Below, in pieces: positions 48,706 to 60,423 of a stretch of DNA of 64,000 nt. Location of the stretch: assembly GCF_032191835.1 (NCBI RefSeq), contig NC_083223.1:220906001-220970000 (forward strand), written 5' to 3'. The notes under the pieces were generated by a model, which saw only the letters and a program-made list of their open reading frames with translations, ran no database searches and was not told the DNA's origin. The translations under genes and the position numbers were made by a program. Each line of letters starts with the position of its first letter. The stretch's first letter is position 1. This DNA is from Heteronotia binoei (lineage: Eukaryota).

Positions 48706-51700
48706 ATATTTATATTTTAACCAGTTACATGGTTTATATGTTGTAATCTGCCCTAAACCCACTTGTGAGGAGGGCGGAATATAAATCAGCTAAAATAAAT
48801 AAATAAACCATGCATGCCACCTTGCTGTTGAAGCTTCTTGGAGGAAGGGTAGAATAAGACTCAAATATCAGGAGAGTAAATCAGAAATGTCTGTTTGAAT
48901 AAAACACTGAAACCTGATGCTTCAAAGAATGTGCAGTCATGACCGGGCTGGCATCCCTGAGAATACTGAGCTGGCATTCCTCATTTGACTTTCCAAATGA
49001 ATGAAAAGTCAGCTAGGAGGTATATTTTCCTATGATTGAGTGTTCTTCAGGCTGTCCAACACAGCCACTGGCTTCCCTCCTCATGAAAGTGTTCACATGC
49101 AAATACATTTAAAAAGGCACGTGCACATTGTTAGCAGAAATAAAAGAGGTAAGTTTATTCAAAGGCCTTCATCTAGAGAACAGAAAGATAATGACCAACC
49201 ATTTCTTGTGGAAAAAATGTACCCCACAATATCACAGCAACATATGCAGGCTTTCAGACCACATAGTAAAATTACCTTTGTGAAGTTGTAGAAAGGAGCA
49301 AATAACAAGTAAGACGTATTCTTGAACACAAAGCCTGAACGATGCTTCCTGCTGAGCAACTCTTTACATATTAACTTAAAGAGGTAGTGGAAGAGCCCTC
49401 AACTTCTTAACAATCTGAAAGGCTAGTTTTAAGAGGAGTTGTTCTGTTTAAAGAAACCCCATTTATCAATGCATGACCCAAGGATAGCCCTTGATTTCTT
49501 CACAACTATGGCTTCTGAAAGAAAACTAGAACATTTTCTCTTCAGTAAACACCATATTCTGTAAATCTGAGTTGCAGACAATTATCTTCGCATGTTTGAC
49601 AGCAGTTCTAAATTCAGCATCCTGAATTCACAAACACTTAACTGATTTTTTAAAATTAAGGGTAGTGATAGGGAGCAATGTGAAGGAGGGATGGGAGAGA
49701 GCATTGCCTCTGTTTTCTGTGGCTTTTGGTAATTGGAAAAAGGGAAGCAAGGGAGGGGTATACAAGAAAACAAGGTCCCTTTTAAAGCAATGTGTGTTGT
49801 ACCTGCTGGTAACAACACAAGCCTTCAGGCTGTATTCCTACCTAGACAGAATTTTCACCTGATTTGGAGTGCCAGCATGATAGCTAAGGGGTGTACTTTT
49901 GTGCTAGCAATTCACAATGATGTTACAAATCAAGAGGAGACTGCTAAAAATTATGATCTGACCTCCTCTGACAAATGGGCTAATAATTTTTTTGCTAACA
50001 TTATTTGTCACTTCAAAAGCCCTAAGAACCTGGGAAAGGAGGGTGAAGGGAGTGTTTCTGCTGCAGTGTATTGAAGCCTAATTGCTGGAAGGAAAAGACA
50101 AGCAGATCCGAGAGGTGGATTAGAAGAGCATTCTGATGAGGATGATGTCTTCACTAACTCGGTGGTGCAATGCAGCAAGCAGGGTGGGAAAGGCTCTCTT
50201 TCTGGATTTATACTGAGAAGGAGGGAGGAGAGGGCTGTCAGAAATAGCTGCATGCAAATGCTTCAAGAGGAGAGGCTGGCAGAAGAAACTTTGCGGGGTG
50301 GAAGCAGCTCCCCCACCCCACCCCCGTACTGCTTGATATTGCTGTTCAATCTTTTGTTGCCATTCACTGTCATAATATTTCAGCTGCCTTTTCGCTGCCA
50401 TGAAAACAGGTTTTTCAAGCAAATGGACAAGCCAAAAGCATGTATTTTTGTTTTTTCTGCTGAAAATTATTCCTTTGGCTTAAGACCTTTTGCAATGTTT
50501 GTTTCTCCCGGTCTCCTTGAAGGGTAGCACTATGCAGATTACAGTACAATTCTGGGTTTTTACTTTACCTTGTATCTCCCAAGGTGTGGATTATCAAACA
50601 GCTGGAAGTGCACTTTTGGCTGCATGACATCATTCCTAATGCTAATCCGAAAGGGTGGCTCCTAGCACACACAGAGCATTCTTTGTTCATGTCCTAATTC
50701 TATGGTCGAATACAAATGCCATTTTCTGCCAATGGAAAATATTTTTTCTTCTTCTCATTTTCCAGCATTTGTTTCCCATTAGGAGTAGGAGGGGAGCACT
50801 CAGAAATAGAATGGTTTTGACTGTTCAGAATATTGCATAAACATTCAGTCATGTGTACCATTTTGCAGGTCTGTAGTCCTGTCAAGGATGCTTCACAAAT
50901 GGAGCAACTGGAAAGCATGAAGAGCATGGGGGAACTCAGCAGCAGAGCCCCAAAGTAGCAGACAGGATCCTCATCCCTACCAGTGCATCTACCAAGCCTT
51001 TTTGTCACTCCAACTGTTTCAAGACTCAAAATAGCAATCCAGGGGCAAAAAACAGCACATAACAGGTAGTCAGAGAGGCTGTATCTTCAGGACCTGGGAG
51101 AGCTCCCTGAGAGTACAGCTGTTGTTTAAACAGCAGGCAGGGAACAGGGCTCCATCTACACACTACAAAGGCCTTGTGTTTGTTGGGGAGCAACATGAGG
51201 ACTTGGTATCACATGAGCAATTTTTGTGCCTCCAAGACACACTCTGGATTGTTTGCAACCAAAAGAGGTGGGGAGAAGCAACTTTAGCCTTTCCCCCTGC
51301 CGCTTTCACATCTGCAAACCACCCCATGAAACTGCTGTTGGCTCCATTGTGAACCTTACAAGTAGCCACAGAAGTAACCTGAACTTTAAAGTACCCAAGT
51401 CTCATTCCTCAATTCTGAGATGGAAGAGTCTTAAAGAGGTAGCTCCTTTTGAGTTCTGTACTCTTGTCCTTCCAGATAGGCTCTCTGCCATCTCAACCCC
51501 AATTTACTCTTAACATTAGAAAAATGGAGACTGCAGCCTATGACATCTTTTCATACTGTTGCCATAAGCATGTGAATATGAAAAACGTGGCTGGGGCAAA
51601 TAGCCCAGTTCCTTCCCAATCACTCTGTAAAAAGAAAGGTGATGATTGGGTTGGAAAGACCCCTGCAATTGGTCCCACCCACATTATTCAGTATATTTAA

Positions 51701-52746
51701 AAACTTTCCAAAGAAACATGAAAAGAATCCACAGAAAAGAGACACCCATCCCCTCAGCAGTAAACTGGGTAAAGGATGAGCTTTAGGTGATTGATGTGGG
51801 AGATGGTTCAGGGTCTTCTGTTAAAGAACTGAGCCAGCAGCCTCAGCAGCAGAGTCAGATTTTCTCTTCCGTAGTCGCTCATGGCTTGTTCCCTGGGCAA
51901 GCCTGCAAGATGTAAGAATTCTGAAATATGCACCTTGATGTTGAGGTTATTGTCCAAGGTACTGGGAGTATCCAAAGACTGGACTGAAACATGCTTTATT
52001 TTGGTAAAGGAAGTGATGAGTAATATCTAAAACTGAAGGTTTAAACAAAGAGTTTCTATTATGTATATCATTATTAATGTGCTAGAAATGTACAGTCATT
52101 ATGATTTGTCTTTGCTAATTGTAAAGAGTAGAATGCTAGTCCCATCTAGAGTTGCCAGGTTCCTTCAGGCAGCCGGCAGAAGATGGGCGGTGGGCTTACC
52201 TGGAATTCATCCCATGTTTCAGCAATGTGCCCATGTGACTTCAACATGACCCAGAGGTGACATAGGCACATTGGGGGTTTCAAGGCAATGCTCTGATTTT
52301 TAGGTAAAAACTATGGTAGAATTAGCTTCTACCATAGAGCTTTTGTCCAAAAACCAGAGTGTCACCCCAAGGTCCCCAACATGCCTGTGTTACTTTCAGA
52401 TCATGTTGAAGTCACAGAGGCACACTGCTGAAATGTCCAGCGTTCCTCCCTTTTGGGGAGAGTAAGTCCCCCCTGCTGGCCCAGCTGATCAGTGATGGAG
52501 AGGTGGAGCCTGGCAGTGGAGAACTCCCACCCCTGCCAGGGGATCTGGCATCCTTAGTCCCATTTTATAACAGCAGAACTGATGACAAACAATACTAACA
52601 TCTATGAGTCCAAACTAGGGATCTGAACTTATGTTTCCACAGGCCAAGTATATACTGTTTTCTGTCAGGGTCCACCAGAATCTGAACTAGGTCTCACCTT
52701 TGGTGATGAGCAAGTCACAGATACTGTGGAATGAAATTATAATATT

Positions 52747-53215
52747 CATAGAATCATAGAGATGGAAGGTACCTCCAGGGTCATCTAGTCCAACCCCCTG
52801 CACAATGCAGGAAACTCACAAATACCTCCCCCTAAATTCACAGGATCTTCATTGCTGTCAGATGGCCACCTAGCCTCTGTTTAAAAACCTCCTGAGGAAG
52901 CCTGTTCCACTGAGGAACCGCTCTAACAGCCAGGAAGTTCTTTCTAATGTTGAGCTGGAAACTCTTTTGATTTAATTTCAACCCACTGGTTCTGGTCCTA
53001 CCTTCTGGGGCCACAGAAAAAAATTCCACACCCTCCTCTATATGACAGCTCTTCAAGTACTTGAAGATGGTGATCATATCACCTCTCAGCCGCCTCCTCT
53101 CCAGGCTAAACATCCCCAGCTCCTTCAACCTTTCCTCATAGGACTTGGTCTCCAGACCCCTCACCATCTTTGTTGCCCTTCTCTGGACCCATTCCAGCTT
53201 GTCTATATCCTTCTA
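52747..53215 (-). mobile_element. CR1 LINE 3' fragment
   Basis: ORF 52838-53167 (YEERLKELGMFSLERRRLRGDMI) and (ctatgatt)n tail. Confidence 0.92.
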
Positions 53216-53423
53216 AATATTCTAACTCTCATTATGGCTCCACCCCAGAAAGCTTGTTGGTTCTGTCTTACCTGGGGTGCCTATATATACTTCCATATCA
53301 GATGTCAGTTTTTATCAGAGAAACAGTTCTTCTGACTGTGAGCTCCTTTCCTGCTCTGTGCCTTCTTCTTCAATCTCCTGCTTCTTTGGATGGGCTACCA
53401 GACAGCTCTCCTTTACTCTAGAT

Positions 53424-53559
53424 CAGGGGTGGCCAACGGTAGTTCTCCAGATGTTTTTTGCCTACAACTCCCATCAGTCCCAGCCAGCATGACCAATGGC
53501 TAGGACTGATGGGAGTTGTAGGCAAAAAACATCTGGAGAGCTACCGTTGGCCACCCCTG
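53424..53559. mobile_element. 136-bp palindromic hAT-type MITE
   Basis: Perfect TSD ctctagat (53416-53423, 53560-53567); copy of 7614-7749. Confidence 0.9.
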
Positions 53560-56164
53560 CTCTAGATCATGTTCTCTCTTATACGAATTGATGTGTACAC
53601 ATTCTGTACCCAATCTTGGCTGCTCCTGACCTTGGCTGTCATTATCCTTAGTGCTTGCTTTTTCATCTGGACACCTTTCCCAGTTACACATAATGGCTTG
53701 ATTCTCCTTTGATATGTGGCTCAACTACTGCAGATCCAAGAGTTATACCTTGTGGGTGTCCAATTCCAGTACATTCTATGTCTCACAGCTAGCACTATTA
53801 AGATGGACAAAGCTTAAGCCGAGAGCCACATTCCGTTTTCCCCAGCAGGCGGACATGACAAGAACAAATGTAGCTGCCATATCCTGAGTCAGACCATTGA
53901 TCTGTCAAGGCCGATATTGTCTATTGTGACTGGCAGCAGCTCTCCCAGATCTCAGATCAAGGTTTTTCATATTACCTATGACATGGTCCTTTTGACTGGC
54001 AATGCCAGGGACTGAACACGAGCAATTTTGCATGCAAAGCAAGTGCCCCACCGCTGAGGCATGAACCTGTCCCTGGAATGGGTAAGGTGAATAGCCTCAT
54101 AAGCAAAATGAATTCCCCCTACCCTACATTGATTTAAAATTATGTATTGTGATAGACAGGTACTTAGAAGATGTTGCAGGCTGATGAGGCCAACCAGAAG
54201 TTAATACAGAAGAAGTAGAAAGGACACAATGCTAGCAATAACACCATACTAATACCCTGATGCCTGTCATTTGGTGCATAAAAGAGACTAGTTTAACCCT
54301 GTAAAGGTGAGGCAGTAATGAGGAGATTGGAGGAAGGATGGGACCCTTCTTTTCTGTCTCTGAGGTGGGCTGAATGAAGACAGCAAGTGGGAAAACATTG
54401 CCCAAAGTTGGGTCCAAGTCCAGCTCACCGGGTTTCATTACCAGTGGACACTAGCCCAAAACCCAATAAAGCAGCAACAACCCCTAGACTTCCTTCTGAT
54501 ACCCCAGTGTGAAATGAGAACTGGCAAAAGAATCCCTACTGCACTTGAGAAGGATACTCATGCATCCACATTTCTGATCTTGGGACATGGTGATGAAGTA
54601 AACTCCTTGTCTATTATTGCTAATATCCAATGGATATGGAGAAACTGTGGGGTCATAATAGGCTGGAGTTGTGCTCTCTGAGGGCTAAAAAAGAGGGGGA
54701 GGGAAGTCCCACATCATAATACTGCAGACTATCACAGTTATGTCCCCATATGCTTATATAAGTCATTATCCCAAATCCCTGAACAGAGTTAAGGGAACTT
54801 TCAGACCTAAGTAGTCTACCCTGTGCCCAGAATGCATGGTGTGAGCATGTTTGTTCTGGGAAGCCCCATTGTCAAGCCAGCCCACTCACCTGGGATTCTA
54901 CTAACATTGATTGGTTATGCTGAAAAGTTAGGCTGCAACTGATTGAAGGTCATCCTGACAAGGAAAAGCACAGCTGTTCATAGCCCATATCATTAATATT
55001 GCTCATAGGCTTTTTGGAACATTGCCCTGCTTAGGGAAATCGGAGAGACCTGCATCAGGACCAAGGGCAGAAGCTAGAGGACACAGAAACATTCCAGAAG
55101 AAACCTCTGCCTCTTGAAACTCAGCCCTCTATTTGAAGCATCATTCTTGTTAGCACTATCTCTTATTTAATCATGGAGACCACATCTTGCCAGGGATAAT
55201 AAAATTCTCCAATTTAACAAAAATAGCATAAGCGAAGGCATTTTTTAAAATAAAAAAGGCTAGTAAACTGAAGAATTCCGATTTCTTAGGGTACAGCAAA
55301 AGGATTTTTGTGAGTGCAATGTCTTAAAACAAATATTACATTGGGTTCTTACTCAGAAGCCTTGCACTTTATGTACATGTCTGTGTAAAGAGACCATGCA
55401 GATAGGATACATGGTCCTGCCCCTGCTTGTGACTGAGTTTATTTTCCATACATGGACCCAGTATCTACATGCATAGAAGCTGTATGCATGGGGGAGCTAG
55501 CACTGTGACTCGGGATGCTGATATCAGGCACAACTCTTACATGTGCAGTTGCCATCCTGACATCTGGCAAAAATACAAAGGCCAGCCAGGGCCAGCACAC
55601 TTGCTCCTCCTTCCTGTCTACATGCATTGGCCCCTTGTGCAGATATGCCAGTTCATAAACTCAGACCGCCCCTCCCCCCATGCTGAGAGCTATCAGTGGG
55701 TTCCACATTAATCAGTGGAGAAATTGGGGCATGCAAACACAGCACACAAAATACTCTGTCTAGAGGAGTCATGGAAGCAGGTGAAGCTATACAACAAATT
55801 ATTGTCAAATCCTTCCATCTTGTCTGGTTTGTCCTTAGGCAGCCTGCCTCTATGTTACTGATTGCAGTGCACACATTGTACAGCAGCATGGCAGATGCTG
55901 CTTATAGTGTGGAGGCAAGCATGATTGACCGCCATCCCTCCCCAAGGCAGTAGGACTGTCTGCCTGTATGCCAGTAAGTACATGCAAAATTTTTCTCCCT
56001 GTACCCACCACGCATAGTCTGAGAGGAGCTAACCATAAGCAGCCAGAGTGCTGACATATAATCAAATCAAAACCTCCTCCAGAAGTCAACAAGCCAGCAA
56101 TGTGGTAGGTATAAATAATAATTCATAAAGACAGATCTAGCCATATAATCCTCTATGGTTCATA

Positions 56165-56298
56165 ACATTATGAAATGTTAATTTTAAAGTATAATTTTAT
56201 ATTTTTATGTTAGTTTTATATATGTTGTAAGCCGCCCTGAGCCACTCGGTGGGAAGGGCGGGATATAAATCCCAGATAAATAAATAAATAAATAAATA
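56165..56298 (+). mobile_element. L2 3'-tail fragment
   Basis: gtaagccgccctgagcc...gggcgggatataaat followed by (taaa)n. Confidence 0.7.
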
Positions 56299-56574
56299 TG
56301 GTGGCAAGATCTGTGGCTATGTTTATCGATAAACATCACCATCAGTTACATATCTGCTGAGTCACTCTCCCTCCTCTTCCTCGGATTCCACACAGCCAGA
56401 TGGCAGAATCATGGGGACGTCTTCTGACTATTTCCCAATATTACTGTTATTCTTTTTTCAAATTGTATCTGTTACAATAACACTATTAAAATGGGATATT
56501 TTCAGTTCAGATTTTGTTAGTTAACCGCTGATTGCATACCCCTAGACTTATCCTTGCCACCTTCTGAAACTGCT

Positions 56575-56826
56575 CACAGAAGGCTTTAAAAGGAGGTTTG
56601 ACAGATTCATAGAGGAAAGGTCCATGAATGGCCATTAGCCATAGTGGCTGAACTGAACATCCATATTCAGAATTCTAGATACCAGAGCTAGGGAACAGCA
56701 TCTGAAGAAGGCCTTGGCTTCTGTGCCCTGGTTACTGGCATTCCAGGGCAGTTGGCTTGTCAATATGTGAAAAGGGATGCTGGACTAAGACCAGCTATTG
56801 GTTTGATCCAGCAGGGCTTATGTTCA
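56575..56826 (+). mobile_element. Older CR1 3' fragment
   Basis: tttaaaaggaggtttgacagattcatagaggaaaggtccatgaatggc...ttgatccagcagggcttatgttc resembles the CR1 3' end. Confidence 0.6.
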
Positions 56827-56887
56827 TGGCAATATCATATGCTTACATAAGACATTGAGCCAGCAATGCAGAGACCCGATGTTAAAT

Positions 56888-57202
56888 CAGGGGTGACCAA
56901 ACTGTGGCTCGGGAGCCACATGTGGCTCTTTCGCACATACTGTGTTGCTCTCAAAGACCCCACCACCCTGTTGGCCAGCTTGGAGAAGGTCTCTTAAAAT
57001 CACTTCTCCAAGAAAAGCCATCCAGCGGCTTGGAGAATGCATTTAAAGTTAAAGTTGTTTTCTTTCCTCCTCTTTTTCCCTCCCTTCAATCTATTTTCCT
57101 CCCTCCCTCCCTGTCTTGTGGCTCTCAAACATCTGACATTCAGGTCTTGCAGCTCTCTTTATTTTATGTGGCTCTTACATTAAGCAAGTTTGGCCACCCC
57201 TG
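56888..57202. mobile_element. hAT-type MITE
   Basis: TIRs caggggtgaccaaact / agtttggccacccctg; TSD tgttaaat / tgttaaac. Confidence 0.85.
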
Positions 57203-57464
57203 TGTTAAACCATCTAAATTAAGCTAACTGGGAAGCTGGAAAGAAGTGATAGGCAATTGTTTGTCCCACAAAGCAAAGCAACTAGGAGAGTGAGATTTTT
57301 AGTTGGTGTCTGTGATTATAGATTTGCAGTTGAGTTGCACTATTACTTTGTGGCTCAGTAGCATAATAAATAACATTTGGCTAAACAGGTATGAAACTGA
57401 GTGAAACAACCCTGCACCAGCATGCTTTCTGTTGCACTGACACTATGCCTAATATTAGCTGCAG

Positions 57465-57547
57465 TGCAGCTAGATTCAGGATGCATATGCAATGCAGCTA
57501 GATTCAGGATGCATATGCAATGCAGCTAGATTCAGGATGCATATGCA
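57465..57547. repeat. 28-bp tandem repeat, 3 copies
   Basis: Unit tgcagctagattcaggatgcatatgcaa at 57465, 57493 and 57521. Confidence 0.95.
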
Positions 57548-58668
57548 GCACAGTGCAGATCTCATAGCACCAATGCATACCAGAATTCATAGGGTGTGCT
57601 TCATGTTTTCATTAACCTGTACATGCAAAACACAGCCTGAAAATGAGTGAGGGGAAAGAAGAGGGGGGAACACAATTGTGTCAAGAAGAATGAATGCAAT
57701 AACAGTTTAATGATAATTTAGAAAAGATGGGCTGAATTAAAAGAGAGTTTAAAGAGTGGGTACTGCTTCCTACCTATGTAGTCCTATGCCCAACTTGTTG
57801 ATAGTAATGAATACTGAAGGACTAAGCTATTATTTATTACTATGGTAAACAACAGAGAGAAGGAAGGAAAAATAAATAAATAAAATCACATTTCCCACAG
57901 GCACAAAAAGGAAGCAGGGAATGAATTCAGAAACAGAATTCAACATGAAGAAAGGCTGTAGTGTGTGCTAAATAGAAATATTATTAATCAGTAAGATCTT
58001 TTGAAGGGGTAATGCCTAAAAATACTCAGCTCTGTTATTAGGATGGGCATAGATGGGAATAGATGTGAACTCTCTTTTGTCAGAATGCCACATGTCCTCT
58101 CTCCTGCAGAAAGAAGAGCTCTCCCCCATCATTCATGCATAAGACCTTCCAAATTGAATTGCCTTTGAAAATGTACAGCTGATCAAAGAGGGTTGCCATG
58201 CTGAACACATTCCACCTTTCTTTAAGGAACTTCACTTGCTTCCAGTTTTATTCATGATCACGAATCAACTAGGAATAAGGCCCGTTGTGAGGGAAAATAC
58301 AATGGGCTCTAGAAAAAGGCTCTGGGTGAGTGCCCCCTCACCTTTGCTCACCTCACCTTTATTCCCTCATATCCTTGGTGTCTTCCCACCACCCACCCCG
58401 GCTTCCCACCTCCTCCAACTCTACCCCCACCCACCTCTTCCTCTCAACTACCACACCCTTGGTACTCCACAACTCCCCCCACCTATGACATTCACTCACC
58501 CCCACCCTTGATGTCTTCCCACCCACCCTTGGCCTTCACTCATCCCCCCCATCCTTGCTGTCTTCCCATCGACCCCACACCTGAAACAGATGCTGGCTTC
58601 CCCCACCACTTGTGTCCCCTTGTCTGTGGTGGCTTAAAGCCCTGAAAGACATCCAAAATAGAGATAAG

Positions 58669-58866
58669 CAGGGCTTTTTTTGGAGAAAAAGCCCAGCAGA
58701 AACTCATTTGCATATTAGGCTACACCCTCTGATGTCACCATTGTTTCGCACAGGGTGTTTTTGTAGAAAAAGCCCAGCAGAAACTCATTTGCATATTAGG
58801 CCACACCCCTGACACCAAGCCAGCCGGAACTACATTCCTGTGCATTCCTGCTCAAAAAAAGCCCTG
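58669..58866. mobile_element. hAT-type MITE with internal duplication
   Basis: cagggctttttt / aaaaaaagccctg ends; perfect TSD gagataag (58661-58668, 58867-58874). Confidence 0.88.
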
Positions 58867-59208
58867 GAGATAAGGAAGAATAATTGTGGGGGGGATGAGG
58901 CTGGTCACACAGACACTGAAGGTCAGCATTCCTTTTGTTTGCAGTGCATCATTGCCACCTTTTCCTGTGATATTCAGCCTTGTGGCATTTAGAATTAGCA
59001 TGAGTTTGATGTGTGATCTGGGATTTTGGAACTGGCATGGTTGTGTTACGGTATACCATAGAATTTCCCAACCTGGTGTTGGCAACCCTATCTTCTCCCC
59101 AGCCAACCATCAGCCTACCTTTATCTGTCTCTCTGACTTCAGCTTTACATCTCCTCTCTTCTGCCTGCAGCCTCTACCTAGGAAAAGTACAGGCTGTCTC
59201 TGCAGTGA

Positions 59209-59330
59209 GGACCAAAGCAGCTAACATCATTCTCCTCTTCCCCTTTTGATCCACACAACAACCCGGTGAAGTAGGTTAGAGTGAAAGTCTGTGATTGGTC
59301 TGAAATCACCCAATCAACTTCCACAGCAAA
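59209..59330 (-). mobile_element. SINE-tail fragment; uninterrupted relative of the DIRS target repeat
   Basis: ggaccaaagcagctaacatcattctcctcttccc...cacaacaaccc matches the joined DIRS flanks. Confidence 0.6.
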
Positions 59331-59667
59331 AACCGGGGTCTGGCAGACCCTGCTCTGAAATGCTAACTCCTATGCCACACTGGCTGTCATGGGGGCGGGG
59401 TTGCTGTTGAACAGTGGCAAGCAGCCAGGCCTAGGGTAGCCAACCTCCAGGTGGAGCCTAAAGATCTCCTGGTATCACAACTGAATAATCTCTCCTCCTG
59501 GATAAAATAACTGCTTTGAAGGGTGCACTCTATGGCATTATATTCAGCTGAGGCCTCTCCCTTTACTGACAGAACCAAGTTTCGTTGCCTAGCAATAACT
59601 ACTGCCTAGAAGCTTCCCCAGTGGCCCAATCCTCATCTGCCCTGGGGTGAGGCTGAAGGGACCTGGG

Positions 59668-59748
59668 TTTTTTGGCCACTGTTTGACACAGTGTTGGACT
59701 GGATGAACCATTGGCCTGATCCAACATGGCTTCTCTTATGTTCTTATG
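59668..59748 (+). mobile_element. CR1 3' terminus
   Basis: ggcctgatccaacatggcttctcttatgttcttatg, same family as the 18966 end. Confidence 0.85.
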
Positions 59749-60201
59749 AGGAGGAGGGAGGGAGTGACAGGAAAGAGACGGTTGCCATGGCCTCTGAGAA
59801 AGCACTCCCAGCAAGGCCAGGCTTTGCTACCTAGTCACGTTACCACCTTTATTCCCTGTCTCTTCATTGTCTCCCTGCCACTGCTGCCTACTTTCTCTTC
59901 TGAATGGCAGAGAAAGTGGATAGGTAACAGCAGACAGGAGAAAGGAGCAGACTCAACCAATGGAATGCAGTGGTGGTTGATGGGACAATGGCTGATGGAG
60001 CACACACCACAGTCAATGGGAGAGCCAGAAAGTGCCAATACCACTTGGGGTTTTATCAGGGTTTTTTTTTCTGGAGGAATGCAGCAGAATGGCGTTCCAA
60101 AACCTCTTTATGGAAACAAAATTTCTCAAAAATGTTAAAAAGTTCACAAGGGGCACTCATGTGTTTCTCCTCCATTTTTCTCTTGAGAGCTCCAGCACCC
60201 C

Positions 60202-60423
60202 AAAAAAGGTAAAGGTAGTCCCCTGTGCAAGCACCAGTCGTTTCCGACTCTTGGGTGATGTTGCATCACAGCGTTTTCACGGCATACTTTTTACGAGGTG
60301 GTTTGCCATTGCCTTCCCCAGTCATCTACACTTTCCCCCCAGCAAGCTGGGTACTCATTTTACTGACCTTGGAAGGATGGAAGACTGAGTCAACCTCAAG
60401 CCAGCTACCTGAACTCAGCTTTC
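60202..60423 (-). mobile_element. Sauria SINE, 5'-truncated
   Basis: Reverse complement of the 48441-48705 core and tail. Confidence 0.9.

Noticed and set aside
57465-57547. Possible CRISPR-like array (28-bp repeats)
   Set aside because: The units are directly adjacent with no spacers, and the context is eukaryotic; it is a minisatellite.
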